A stretch of DNA of 63,589 nucleotides, counting the filler, from Octopus bimaculoides (Eukaryota), in NCBI RefSeq assembly GCF_001194135.2. It is 5 parts of 5 records of this genome, joined end to end, with 100 filler letters (N's around TTAATTAATTAA, not from the genome) between each part and the next. Parts side by side here need not be neighbours in the genome. Positions count along the whole stretch, not along the records: positions 40,881 to 55,964 come from NC_068987.1; positions 56,065 to 62,487 come from NC_069008.1; positions 62,588 to 63,589 come from NW_026414333.1; 2 more parts are not named here. One strand, written 5' to 3'. Positions 49,640-63,210 of the stretch are shown here, piece by piece (the first letter of the stretch is position 1; the number at the start of each line of letters is the position of its first letter). The notes beneath the pieces were generated by a model. That model made no database searches. It saw nothing but the letters and a program-made list of their open reading frames with translations, and was not told where the DNA came from. Made by a program: the position numbers and the translations under genes.

Positions 49640-50117
49640 NNNNNNNNNNNNNNNNNNNNNNNNNNNNNNNNNNNNNNNNNNNNNNNNNNNNNNNNNNNNN
49701 NNNNNNNNNNNNNNNNNNNNNNNNNNNNNNNNNNNNNNNNNNNNNNNNNNNNNNNNNNNNNNNNNNNNNNNNNNNNNNNNNNNNNNNNNNNNNNNNNNNN
49801 NNNNNNNNNNNNNNNNNNNNNNNNNNNNNNNNNNNNNNNNNNNNNNNNNNNNNNNNNNNNNNNNNNNNNNNNNNNNNNNNNNNNNNNNNNNNNNNNNNNN
49901 NNNNNNNNNNNNNNNNNNNNNNNNNNNNNNNNNNNNNNNNNNNNNNNNNNNNNNNNNNNNNNNNNNNNNNNNNNNNNNNNNNNNNNNNNNNNNNNNNNNN
50001 NNNNNNNNNNNNNNNNNNTATATATATATATATATTATTTTTATTATCATCATCATTATATATATATATATACACATAAATATATACAAGTTTGTGTACA
50101 TGTGTATATACATTCAC

Positions 50118-50160
<43 letters not shown>

Positions 50161-50741
50161 CATACATGTTTATACATATACTTGCATATACACACATGCA
50201 AAAAAAATGTACATGTATATATAAATAAGAGGGTGTGTGTGTATTAATGTACTTTTATAAAGATAGAAAGGTAGATATATGTTCATATGCATATATGATG
50301 TAATATATACGCTATATATCTATATATATATATATATACACACATACATATGCCCATACACATATACTCTTGAAGAAAGTAAGATGTAAGGAAATCTAAT
50401 AACATTCAAATGAAATCTTAATATCATGAAGCAATCCAAGAAATTCTTAGTAGCAGCTGACACTGGAACCAGTTGTTGAACTTCTATCTGTTACTGTTGA
50501 GATTATCTCAACAGATTTAATTAATCAATGCTTCCTGCTTATCCTAATGAGCAACACACAATAGTACCAATATAGAACTTACAAGTCGTTACAATACGTT
50601 GAAATTAACGTACTCCATTAACGTGCTCTTTAGATCAAGCACTCTGATAAATCAATCAGCGGTGTCTACGATGGGTCTTTTCTTTCTATTTTAAAATCCA
50701 CCCTGCTTTAGCCCTTAAATGTTCAAACCAGTTGTATCAAG

Positions 50742-51050
50742 CCCGAGGTGAACAGAAGAAGCTCTTGAAGAATACACTCAAGGCCTCACTGGAGAGCTCT
50801 GAGATCAATCCCTGACGCCTGGGAAATGCAAGCACAAGACTGGGGGCAGATGCACCAACAGAGGTGGAACCTCCCATGAGGTGAACAGGGTTGCAGACAC
50901 ACAAAGAAAATCCGAACACAGTAAGGGCAGAGCCAACTCCTTTGAAGAGCTTTCCGTGCACAAATCAGACTGATTGGCCATGGCTGGACACACCGTGCTC
51001 TGTCCTCATTTTCCACAAGATAACCTGGCTCATCGTTACAAACAATGGAC
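50742..51050 (+). mobile_element. RTE/BovB-type LINE 3' end, decayed
   Basis: GGTGAACAGAAGAAGCTCTTGAAGAATACACTCAAGGCCTCACTG resembles GGQKKRFKDTLKASL. It is followed by WE/IGHGWT remnants and a CTCATCGTTACAAACAATGGACAA-type 3' terminus. Confidence 0.65.
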
Positions 51051-51069
51051 AATTAATATTTTTATTATT

Positions 51070-51284
51070 AAGGCATCGAGCTGGCAGAATCGTTAGCACG
51101 CTGGACAGAATGCTTAGCAGTATTTCACCCATCTTTATGTCCCGAGTTCAAATTCTGCTGAAGTCGACTTTGCCTTTCATCCTTTCAGGGTTAATAAATT
51201 AAACATCGTTCATGTACTGACATTGATGTGATCAACTTACCCCTGCCCATAAGCTTCAGGCCTTGTGCTTATAGTAGAAAAGAT
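51070..51284 (+). mobile_element. SINE family C
   Basis: AAGGCATCGAGCTGGCAGAATCGTTAGC head and family core. Confidence 0.8.
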
Positions 51285-51672
51285 ACTCTTTACTCTTTTA
51301 CTTGTTTCAGTCATTTGACTGTGGCCATGCTGGAGCACCGCCTTTAGTTGAGCAAATCGACTCCAGGACTTATTCTTTGTAAGCCTAGTACTTATTCTAT
51401 CCGTCTCTTTTTGCCGAACCGCTAAGTTATGGGGACGTAAACACCCCAGCATCAGTTGTCAAGCGATGATGGGGGGACAAACACAGACACACATATATAT
51501 ACATATATACGATGGGCTTCTTTCAGTTTCCGCCTACCAAATCCACTCATAAGGCTTTGGTCAGCCCGAGTCTATAGTAGAAGGCACTTGCCCAAGGTGC
51601 CACGCAGTGGGACTGAACCCGGAACCATGTGGTTGGTAAGCAAGCTTCTTACCACACAGCCACTCTTGCGCC
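51285..51672 (-). mobile_element. SINE family A, full length
   Basis: Near-exact reverse complement of 54971-55350. Confidence 0.9.
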
Positions 51673-53293
51673 TATGATTTATGATTATTATTATTATTAT
51701 TATTATTCAACATCTTCTATTCCATGCTTGCATGTTTTGGACAGAATTTGTTGAGGCAGATTTTGTTAGGCTGGGTGCTTTTCCTGTTTCCAACCTTCTC
51801 CTGTTCGTTAGTAAAGTAATACTTCCCCCCGCAACCAGATATCTCAGCAGAAGACTGCAAATGATGGACACCGCATGCATGACAGTGACACTTGCTTACA
51901 ACTGTCATGTGATGTCAAGGCAAGAAGACAGTAACACACACACACACACACACACACATACATGATGGGTTTCTTTCAGTTTCCATCTACCATATCCACA
52001 TGTTCATGCATAATGTTAACAACATAGGAATGTTTGATAATTCAGAAAACTGCAAAGTCTGTGGGGCTGGTTTTTTCCTCAATGAGCTGTAGAGATTTGG
52101 CAAGAACCGGCAGCGGAATGTCGTTAAGGGTGTGCAGTTTAATAGCATTGAATCTGAAATTCAAGATGTCGACAGCTGCTTTTGTGTAGCTAACAAATGA
52201 AATTTAATTCCTGGCTGGTCTCAGAAAACCAAACTTCACGAGTGCACACCGGTGGATATTGCCACCAAAAGTCTTAGATTTCACATTCCATCCCCACTCC
52301 TCAGAAAAATAAAGAGTCACAATCATAATGTTATTCTTTCTTCCCTTGTTAAAAACTGATATGTTATTATTATTATTATCATCATCATCATCATCATCAT
52401 CGTTCTAGGTGAACTGATAGACTCTGTAGTGTATCAGGCAAAATGCTGAATGACATTTTACCTGCCTTTATATTCTGAGTTCAAGTTTTACTGAGGTTAA
52501 CTTTCCAGTCATGTACTGGGGTCGATGTAATCGATTATCTTCACCCCGCCAAAAAAATTTCAGGCCTTGTGCCTATAGTAGAAAGGATTATCATTTATTA
52601 TTATTATTGCTATTACTATTACTATTATTATTATTATTATTAGCATTGTTATTATTATTGTTATTATTATTATTATCATTATTATTATTGTTATTATTAT
52701 TATCATAATTATTTCCTCCATTCATCCATCTTCTCTGCCCACTCTCCTTGGGAGGGTTGTGGGGTTTTGAGTCCTCGGGCACCTCCCTCCATAGGGTCCT
52801 ATCAAATGCAACCGTCAATTCAGACTTTCCAGCTGGATTCCCAAGCACGACCAAGCGAGACTATATGGACCCCATTAGCCAAACCCTCTCGTTCTTCGTC
52901 TCCCCTTAAGGTCTCCTGCCAGTTGGCTTGGCTTGAGGGAATCCATCTTGCAATCGCTATTACAATTATTATTGTTATTATTATTTAAGACGTTGCACAG
53001 TATCCGATATCGTGATGTTGTTTGATTNNNNNNNNNNNNNNNNNNNNNNNNNNNNNNNNNNNNNNNNNNNNNNNNNNNNNNNNNNNNNNNNNNNNNNNNN
53101 NNNNNNNNNNNNNNNNNNNNNNNNNNNNNNNNNNNNNNNNNNNNNNNNNNNNNNNNNNNNNNNNNNNNNNNNNNNNNNNNNNNNNNNNNNNNNNNNNNNN
53201 NNNNNNNNNNNNNNNNNNNNNNNNNNNNNNNNNNNNNNNNNNNNNNNNNNNNNNNNNNNNNNNNNNNNNNNNNNNNNNNNNNNNNNNNNNNNN

Positions 53294-53472
53294 TTATTAA
53301 TATAAATCGTTTATTATTATTATTATTATTATTAATATAAATCGTTTATTATTATTATTATTATTATTAATATAAATCGTTTATTATTATTATTATTATT
53401 ATTAATATAAATCGTTTATTATTATTATTATCAATATAAATCGTTTATTATTATTATTATCAATATAAATCG

Positions 53473-53511
<39 letters not shown>

Positions 53512-53520
53512 CATTATTAT
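53294..53520 (+). repeat. Compound minisatellite: AATATAAATCGTT spacer + variable (TTA)n, x6
   Basis: Directly visible. Confidence 0.9.
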
Positions 53521-54274
53521 TAACGTCATCATTATAAATAGTTTGCTACAATATTTTGTGATAATAATGTAATGCAGCAGTAGCGCTACCAATAGTAGTA
53601 GTAGTGGTAGTAGCAGCAGCAGCAGCAATATAATCTTGGCAATTACGATGATGAATTATGCCAACAACATCAAACAACAACTATGTTGGTAAAGTCTACT
53701 TGCTGTTTTCTAAACTTGATCCTTCCTTTCACTCGATTCTAAGTCAAGCACTGTTCCCCTTGGGGACCCGTCAGTACTATGCCTAGTTTTCTTTTTGTTT
53801 TTTTTTTTATATATAGAAGAGAATTTTTTGATTTATAGTTTTTCTATTCGTTTTCTTTATATTTTGTTTTCTTTACCTTTTTTTTGGCCCCTCCCCCATC
53901 CACCCATCTCAAATAATATTAATCATTAAATTTGCAGTTTAAGTAGTTAGTTCTCTCACAAGGTCCCTGCCAAAATATTTGAATGAGTTTGAGATAATAT
54001 TTTTCTGCTTGGCTGACAATGCAACTAAAATAAATAAATAAATGAATGAAAATATGCAAAAAAAAACCCAGAAAAGAAACAAGAAAAAAAGAAGGTGGAA
54101 AGAGAGGAATTTCTGCTGCCTCCGGAGACCTTTAAAAGTTTATGAAAAGCAATCGCTTAAGTATCAAGACACATGATGTAACGTCAAGCAAATTAACCCT
54201 CAACAAACAAAGAAAACAGTTTTAAATAGTCATCTGATACAAACTGTCTTGGATTATTATCAACAATTGAGGTG

Positions 54275-54392
<118 letters not shown>

Positions 54393-54761
54393 TTTGCTTT
54401 CAGTAGCAGACTCTTGAATTGAAGAGGCTAGATTTTTGGTTACTGCATTCACACTGTGTTGTGTTTGCTAACAGAGCAATACCAAATAAAATTTATTTGA
54501 AATTCCCCAAAGGATTTCCTCAAACTTGTCCCAGATCATTATCAGTTAAGGGTTCTGTTTACCAAAGCAAAATTGGGGTCCTCTCATACATTTACTCCAA
54601 GAATTCAATGATACTCACCGAATAAAAGACAACAAACTGATAAGACTAAGTGCCTTTTTCAAGCCAAGTGATTACAATGACAACAGAAAATGCGTGTGTG
54701 CGTGTGTCTTTCTTTGTCTTTGTCAGTCCATCTTTCACCCTGAGAGAGAGGGAGAAAGGGA

Positions 54762-54876
<115 letters not shown>

Positions 54877-54970
54877 TTGCTGTGTAAAAAAAATGTTAGA
54901 AACAATTTAAGCATCTCTATCCAACATACACTAAGATAGCAAGAAAAGAGAAGTTTGCTTTTAATTGATA

Positions 54971-55350
54971 GGCGCAGGAGTGGCTGTGTGGTAAGTAACT
55001 TGCTTAACAACCACATAGTTCTGGGTTCATTCCCACTGCATGGCACCTTGGGCAAGTGTCTTCTACTATAGCCTCGGGCTGACCAAAGCCTTGTGAGTGG
55101 ATCTGGTAGATGGAAACCGAAAGAAGCCCATCATATATATGTATATATGTGTGTGTTTGTGTGTCTGTGTTTGTCCCCCCAAACATCACTTGACAACCAA
55201 TGCTGGTGTATTTAGGTCCCTGTAACTTAGCGGTTCGGCAAAAGGGACTGATAGAATAAGTACTAGGCTTACCAAGAATAAGTCCTGGGGTCGATTTGCT
55301 TGACTAAAGGCGGTGCTCCAGCATGGCCGCAGTCAAATGATTGAAACAAA
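54971..55350 (+). mobile_element. tRNA-derived SINE family A, full length (reference copy)
   Basis: GGCGCAGGAGTGGCTGTGTGG (A box) ... GGGTTCATTCCC (B box), TTGGGCAAGTGTCTT domain, internal (TA)/(TG) microsatellite and GGCGGTGCTCCAGCATGGCCGCAGTCAAATGA tail. More than 12 copies occur in the window. Confidence 0.9.
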
Positions 55351-55964
55351 TAATGTGTGCCATACTAATTTGAAGAAGTGAAATGCAAGGAACTTTTTAC
55401 AGAGCTTCTGAGATAAATGAGGGAAGGGATGAAGAAAGCAGAACCCCGAAGTTAGTCTGAGACATTGCAGAAACTCAGTATGGGAATCAGATCTGGATAA
55501 ACAATCAGATCTGGATAAACAATCAGAAAGCTTCAAGATTAATTCATGATTACTTCAAACAACATGAAGAAATAAGCATCACATTGGACAGAAGAATCTG
55601 ACTGCGAAGGGGTCAAAGACATTTTTCTAAGGAGTCATGTGGCAGGAGCAAAACAACATGGTGGCAGAGCGAACTCTTTAATCCCAAGACCAAGTTTGTT
55701 CAAATAATGAAAAGATTCCCTCACACTATTCTTTTATTCTGTAATTCTTTTATTCTGTAATTCTTTTAGTTGGTTCAGTCATGACTGTGGCCATGCTGGA
55801 GCACTGCCTTTAGTTGAACAGATCAACCCTAGAACTTGTTCTTTGTAAGCCTAGTACTTATTCTATCAGTCTCTTTTGCCAAACTGCTCAGTTATGGGGA
55901 CATAAACACACCAATATCAGTTGTCAAGCAATGGTGGGGGGACAAATACAAACGAACATATATA

Positions 55965-56064
55965 NNNNNNNNNNNNNNNNNNNNNNNNNNNNNNNNNNNN
56001 NNNNNNNNTTAATTAATTAANNNNNNNNNNNNNNNNNNNNNNNNNNNNNNNNNNNNNNNNNNNN
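55965..56064. other. Assembly scaffold-join spacer
   Basis: 44 N + TTAATTAATTAA (56009-56020) + 44 N. Confidence 0.92.
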
Positions 56065-56275
56065 CTCCATTTACTAAATTTATATATTTACTCAAGTACC
56101 CAAAATAACAAGGAGTTTCTACCTCATAAACAGGAGTTACACCACAGTCATTTTGTGATCTTTGCTACCCTGGTATCTATTTACCAATTTATTTTGTCCA
56201 AGTTAATTATAATTTTTCAGCAACCCCTTGTGTGTATGTATGTGTATATATATATATATACATATATAGATAAAT

Positions 56276-56668
56276 ACTCTTTTACTCTTTTACTTGTTTC
56301 AGTCATTTTGACTGAGGCCATGCTGGAGCACCGCTTTTAGTCGAGCAAATTGACCCCAGAACTTATTCTTTGTAAGCCTAGTACTTATTCTATTGGTCTC
56401 TTATTGCTGAACTGCTAAGTTACGTGGACGTAAACACACCAGCATCGGTTGTCAAGCGATGGTGGGGGAACAAACACAGACACACAAACAATCATACACA
56501 TATATATATATACATACATACGACGGGCTTCTTTCAGTTTCCATATACCAAATCCACTCACAAGGCTTTGGTTGGCCTGAGGCTAAAGTAGAAGACACTT
56601 GCCCAAGGTGCCATGCAGTGGGACTGAACCTGGAACCATGTGGTTGGTAAGCAAGCTACTTACCACAT
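56276..56668 (-). mobile_element. SINE family A, almost full length
   Basis: Reverse complement of 54971-55350 minus the first ~15 nt. A tail-half copy lies at 55765-55964. Confidence 0.88.
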
Positions 56669-56730
56669 ATATAAAATTAATATAGACAGCCATGTGCAAT
56701 GTGTTAATAAAAAAGAAAACTATGATTGTC

Positions 56731-56870
56731 ACTAAATATAACGAAGGTGTTAGAACACCTACATTGCTAGAAATAGGAGCTAAAAAGCTCTAATGCTAAC
56801 TACAGCATTAGAGTTTTTTAGCTCTTATTTCTAGTAATGTAGGTTTTCTAACATCTTAGTCATATTTAGT
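56731..56870. repeat. 140-nt fold-back: 67-bp inverted arms with a 6-nt loop
   Basis: 56731-56797 versus 56804-56870, with 7 non-Watson-Crick positions. Confidence 0.9.
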
Positions 56871-56876
56871 CACTCA

Positions 56877-56932
<56 letters not shown>

Positions 56933-56947
56933 NNNNNNNNNNNNNNN

Positions 56948-57001
<54 letters not shown>

Positions 57002-58365
57002 TTATACCAGTCCTAAACTGATTAATTAATTATTGATCCCAGAGTTACGGATGGCTGAGTTCACCTCAGTGGGATTTGAACTGAGGATGCTAAAAGCTAG
57101 AACAAGTATTGTTTGATCCAGGGGTCGGTGACTTTTTTAACCAGTTACCCAAAAATATATTTATTTACACTGAAGAAACCCTGAAAGAAAGAAAATGATA
57201 GATTCTTTGAATTCAAAAGTTTTATTGAATCTATTTATATGGAGAATACAATTATAAATATAAAAAGTGTGCCAAAATTGACCTCACCTGTGCTTGTGCT
57301 ATGTAAAAAGCATTAAGTCCACTCTGTTGAGTGGTTGGTGTTAGGAAGGGCATTCAGCTGTAAAAATTCTGCCAAAACAGTCACAGAAGTCTGGTGCAGG
57401 CTTCTGCCTTGCCAGCTCTTGTGAAACCATTCCACCCATGCTAGCATGGAAGGCAGACGTTAAACGATGATGATAAAACAAATGCAATAAAATAAATTAA
57501 TATCTTCATTTTGAAACAAAAGGATTTTCTAGAAACTTTTGCATCAAAATTGGGGCATTTTGATGCCAGAGCAATTTGAATACAGTTTTCAGGGTCCAAT
57601 CGATTTTGTTAAAGGGCTGAATTGAATAACTACTTAAATCTACTTAAAGAAAACAAAAAAACATGTGTGTCAAAAGATAAGGTTAAGGGACAAATAATAT
57701 CTGTTTAGTCACTTGACAATGCATTAGCAACCAAATTGTCTGTAGTTTAAAATGATGTGATGTCTGCTAAACATGTCCATTACTTTGGACAGATGCAGCG
57801 TTGCCTGAAGAAAAATTTCTGTCGTAACAAGGAACATGCTTTGCATATAATTTTACTTATGTCTAATGAGTCCTTATAAGCCCCAAGAATTTCATTTTTA
57901 TCCCACTTGGGGTAATTTACCCCAGTTCGCCAACCCCTGCTCTAATTACCACCAATGTATTTCTTTATTTATTAACTTCCCAACCATGTTGTCTTGGGTT
58001 CAGTCCCACTGTATGACATCTTGGGCAAATGTCTTCTGCAATAACCCTGGTTGTCCAAAGCCTTGTGAGTAGATTTGTAGATGGAAACTGAAAGAAACTT
58101 ATCATATATATTTCACTACATCACTGCATCAACCAGACTACTGGATGTTGCTGTTGCTATAAGCTGTTAGTCACATTTCTTGAATGGCATACCAGTCTGT
58201 TGCCAGGGTTACCTATTTACAGCTGAGTGATCTGCAGCAACATGAAATGAAGTGCTTTGCTCAAGAACACAATGCGCAGCCAGTCTAGTCACTGAAACTA
58301 TGACCTTGTGATCATGTGTGCTAACCAGTAGGCCACAGGCCTTCACACACAAACACACACAATAT

Positions 58366-58411
<46 letters not shown>

Positions 58412-58935
58412 ACATCAACATCATCAACATTTAGCATCTGTTTTCCATACTGGCATGGGTTACCTGGTTTCACTGAGACTGGTAAGCTGCAGACCTGTCT
58501 GATTCAGCTTCGTTTCTATGGTTAGATGTCCTTCCAAATGCCAACTACTTCAAGAGTGTAGTGGGTGCCTTTTACATGTCACCAGTATAGGTGCACTTTA
58601 CCTGTCATTAACACTGGCTATGACCAGAATTTCACTCACCTTGACATGTCTTCTCAAGCACAGCAAATTGCCAAAAGTCTCGATTATTTGTCATCATCTC
58701 TGTGAGACCCAGCATCTCAAGATCATGCTTCACCATTGTGTTCTATGTCTTCTTGTGTCTATTTTTTCCACACATTCCCTCCATATATATNNNNNNNNNN
58801 NNNNNNNNNNNNNNNNNNNNNNNNNNNNNNNNNNNNNNNNNNNNNNNNNNNNNNNNNNNNNNNNNNNNATATGTGGTACTCATCGACTTGCAATCCCTTA
58901 GTGGGTTAGATTCACAACCCCTAACTCTCTTGGAG

Positions 58936-58985
<50 letters not shown>

Positions 58986-59002
58986 AATTATTATTTATAT
59001 AT

Positions 59003-60230
59003 AGAGTGTGATAAATTGAATATTAATTCAATTTAAAACCAAGTGACCTAGCATATAAAAAATCTGAAAATTCACAAAAATTGTATTACATGTGTATAAG
59101 AAGGGATGACCACTAAGTGGACATCCTATATGCTAGAAAGAGGTCATCAACGACCCAACAATAAAGAAAAATAATGCTCTCCAGAAAAATTTTTCGCAAA
59201 ACACCAGAGCATAAGCAGGCAAAACAAAATGAGAAATATACAGAATAAAGAATTAATTGTGTACTGGTTTCGAACATTAACGTTTTACTTACGTAACAAC
59301 ATCCGTGTTCTCATCAGCACAATCGTTCTAGAATCATCCCTTCCATTTAAATAATGAAAATACGCTCATTAAAAAATACAAACCACAACTAAATATCCTA
59401 GAGAAAATCTAATTTGTTCTTGGAAAACGACCAGAGATAACAGGTATAAATTATAAAGTTTAAGTAACAGGCTTCCCCAAGAACTTATGTCACCTCAGAC
59501 TAAACCAATGAAAATTTTCTCTGGTCAAAACCAGATTCTTAGAAAAAAGCAAATAAACATTGACTTGACTGAACCAGTAACTTCTTAAGGGAACTAACCC
59601 AACCAACCAACCAACCAGAATGCTCGATGACCATCAGGCAAAAACAAGTTGCTGAGTCTCTGCCAGGATGTGGAACTTTGCCAAAACAAGAATATTTTGT
59701 CTAAAACAGAAAAAATTTTTGCTCAAAAAAGTGACATCATGAAGCTTACAACCAATCAGAACTTGTTCCTTGAGCGTGGTCATCAGATAATGAAAATGTT
59801 TGACAAAAAAATAACATCACCAGGAAGCTAACCAGCCAGAATGCTAGACTTTGCTGAAGCAAAAATATTTTGACCAAAACATCCACGTGAAAAACAAAAA
59901 GACGTCATGGAAATTACCACCAATCAAAAGTTGATCCTTTTCAATAAAGATATAAATACCAAAAGATTTGAACTTATAACATTTTGAACTCTAACAAGTT
60001 AAGAAGGTGGAGAAACCCGTGCACTTTGACTGAAATTGAGGAAAGAACTACAGGCCCCACAACAAAAAGTGTAAAAAGACTTTTTTCTTTCTCTCCCTCT
60101 TTTTCCACCTATACTTTTTTAAAAACACTCGATATGACTGAACTTTCATTTGTTATGATCTTCACCAAACATTTACATTTTTATATTACTATCTATGCCT
60201 GCAAAACTCACTGAAATTTCTGTCAACTTT
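59003..60230. mobile_element. Penelope-like element remnant
   Basis: Shares 59003-59182 with 35028-35236 and contains the hammerhead at 59256-59323. On the + strand, ~59346-59411 reads LNNENTLIKKYKPQLNILEKI*, resembling the E..I....P.LN end of Penelope GIY-YIG domains. The 3' boundary is approximate. Confidence 0.55.
59256..59323 (-). ncRNA. Minimal type I hammerhead ribozyme motif
   Basis: Minus strand reads AUUGUG-CUGAUGA-GAACA-(29 nt)-UGUUC-GAA-ACCAGU-A-CACAAU. Stem I is 6 bp, the G10.1-C11.1 pair is canonical, and stem III is an imperfect palindrome. Confidence 0.78.
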
Positions 60231-60649
60231 TGAACAGTTGATCATTTAAACATGTTTGGCTGATTTTTACCTAGTAAACTTTAAACTCTCCAAAACTTTT
60301 TATTTATTTATTTGTACAATTGATAAGCAAAAAATTGTTGAAACTGGTTTGGTAGTTGAATAAATCTATTACAAAATTTCAAAATGACTACACATTTTGA
60401 GATTCAGGAGCATTTTCAAAGCCCTAAACAAATTCTCCTATATTTTTTCTAGCGTTGGAATAATACACTTCTTCTCTCCATATATATATAGTCAATCCAA
60501 ACAAGAACAAGCAAGAAAAAAAAAACAAGGACGTGGTACAAGTATTGTGTTATTGGACACTCAAGAAAGAAAAGAAAGAGTGTAGAAAATATTTTTATAC
60601 ACAAAGGGGAGACCATTGACAGGACTCCTTAAATGCTAAAAAGGCCATT

Positions 60650-60935
60650 TAAAACCCAAACCATGTAAAAGAGAATTCATGAGGCACACCATAATAACAT
60701 TAGAATGAACAAAAAAATGAATTAGTTAATCTTGAACTTGAGTTTCACTATTGGAGCATCCACCTCTACAACTAACTGGGTCACCTAGATAACAGAAGCT
60801 ATCTACTACATCTAGCTTATCCCCCTGGCAGTTGATGGAGTCTAATTTCTGTACATTTTTGGTGTTCATTGTACCTGTGCATCTTCCACACACAAAAGCT
60901 ATTTTCTTGTTCCTCTGATATTGTTGCACCTCTTA
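60650..60935 (-). mobile_element. RTE-clade LINE fragment
   Basis: ORF 60726-60929 reads FVCGRCTG...KLDVVDSFCYLGDPVSCRGGCS, the same post-RT segment as in the 24.9-25.1 kb remnant. Confidence 0.75.
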
Positions 60936-61121
60936 TGTGTCCATAGCGTACACTGCGTACATCTTATGGAGTTTCTACCTATGACTTTACTTCAGATCGA
61001 GTAGCGCCATCTACCTGAAGGGATTCGTGATTTGTCTGCCTTCTTACTTACTAACACTGGTTTTCGCTAGGTTAATTCTAAGGCCCTTCGATTTTAGACC
61101 TTGCTTTCATACCTGATATGT

Positions 61122-61164
<43 letters not shown>

Positions 61165-62159
61165 TGTGTGTGTGTGTATGTGTTTGTGTATATATATGTG
61201 TNNNNNNNNNNNNNNNNNNNNNNNNNNNNNNNNNNNNNNNNNNNNNNNNNNNNNNNNNNNNNNNNNNNNNNNNNNNNNNNNNNNNNNNNNNNNNNNNNNN
61301 NNNNNNNNNNNNNNNNNNNNNNNNNNNNNNNNNNNNNNNNNNNNNNNNNNNNNNNNNATATATATATAATTGAATAAGTTGGAGACAACAAGAAGGAGTA
61401 CAGAGGAATATTTATTTGTAATCACTACCGTTGTTTCCAAGCACTATAATGATTACAAATAAATATTTCTCTGTACCCCTTGTTGGCTCCAACTTATTCA
61501 ATTATCCATTCACACATTACAGAAGTCCCAATACAAACCTAGCAATAGGTATAATACTATTGTTGGATGATAACACTGGGTGAAATCTCAAGGGGATGAG
61601 CTTTATACTGTGTTCTACTACTTTCTTAACAGAATATAACCTAATATTTATGAATATGTATTTGTGTGTGTGAGTGAGTGTGTGTGTGTGTAGGGGGGTG
61701 TCTTTGTTCTGGTGTTTGTACCCCACCACTTGACAACTGGTGTTGGTTTGTTTATGCCCCCATAACTTACCACATCTGCAAAAGAGACTGATAAAATATA
61801 TGTCAGGCTTTAAAAGTAACTATTAGGGTTGACTGGATTAAAAAACACCCTTCTAGGTGGTGCCCCAGCATGGTTGCAATCCAATGACTGAGACAAGTAA
61901 AAGGTTTACTCTGTCCTGTATTTTGGATAGAAACTTTCTCGGTGCAGTTATTCAAAATATCTTTCATTTTTCACTTGTTTCACTCATTCAACTGCAGCCA
62001 AGCAGTTGAATGAATTGAACCCCAATACTTATATTTTTTTCAAAGCCTTGTATTTATTCTATTGGTCTCTTTTTGCTGAATTTCTAAGTTATGGGGATAT
62101 AAACAACCCAACACTATTTGTCAAGTGGTGGGAGAGGAGAACAGACACACACACACACT

Positions 62160-62487
62160 ATTCTTTTATTCTTTTGTTTCAGTCATCTGACTGTGGCCAC
62201 ACTGGAGCACCGCCTTTAGTCGAACAAATTGACTTATTCTTTGTAAGCCTAGTACTTATTCTATTGGTCTCTTTGGCCAAACCACTAAGTTTCAGGGACA
62301 TAAACACACCAACCTCAGTTGTCAAGCAATAACAGGGGGACAAACACAGACCCACACACATAAACTTATATGTAAGATGGGTTTCTTTCAGTTTCTGTCG
62401 ATCAAATCCACTCACAAGGCTTCAGTTGGCCCAAGGCTATAGTAGAAGATACTTGCCCAAGGTGCCACACAGTGGGACTGAACCTGT
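62160..62487 (-). mobile_element. SINE family A (head cut by the join); further fragments at 61690-62150
   Basis: Reverse complement of the family A body and tail. Confidence 0.85.
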
Positions 62488-62587
62488 NNNNNNNNNNNNN
62501 NNNNNNNNNNNNNNNNNNNNNNNNNNNNNNNTTAATTAATTAANNNNNNNNNNNNNNNNNNNNNNNNNNNNNNNNNNNNNNNNNNNN
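62488..62587. other. Assembly scaffold-join spacer
   Basis: 44 N + TTAATTAATTAA (62532-62543) + 44 N. Confidence 0.92.
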
Positions 62588-62930
62588 TAGGGCAGCGGAC
62601 TCGCGGTCATAGGATCGTGGTTTCAATTCCCAGACCGTGCATTGTGAGTGTTTATTGAGCGAAAACACTAAAAAGCTCCATGAGGCTCCGGCAGGGGATA
62701 GTGGCGAACCCTGCTGTACTCTTCTACCACAACTTTCTCTCACTGTAATTCAAAGGGTTTGCCTTGTCACACTGTGTCACGCTGAATATCCCCGAGAACT
62801 ACGTTAAGGGTACACGTGTCTGTGGAGTGCTCAGCCACTTGCACGTTAAATTCACGAGCAGGCTGTTCCGTTGATTGGATCAACTGGAACCCTTGACGGC
62901 GTAAGCGACGGAGTGCCAACTAACTAACTA
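62588..62930 (+). mobile_element. SINE family B with complete 3' end and (AACT)n tail
   Basis: Homologous to 30719-31078 and extends to GCGACGGAGTGCCAACTAACTAACTA. Confidence 0.88.
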
Positions 62931-63154
62931 GTATATATGTATGTTTGTGTATATATGTATGTGTGTATATATATATATATGTGTGTGTATATATATATAT
63001 ATGTATATATGTGTATATATATATATATGTATATATATGTATATATATATGTATGTGTATATATATATGTATGTATATGTGTATGTATGTTTTTGTGTGT
63101 ATATGTATGTGTATGTATGTATATATGTGTGTAAGTATATGTGTGTGTATGTAT

Positions 63155-63210
<56 letters not shown>

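Noticed and set aside
54971-55045. tRNA-like sequences with A and B boxes
   Set aside because: They are SINE heads followed by family bodies, and no complete cloverleaf was seen.
57119-57145. CAGGGGTCGGTGACTTTTTT, resembling a hAT terminal repeat
   Set aside because: No matching opposite end or TSD was found.
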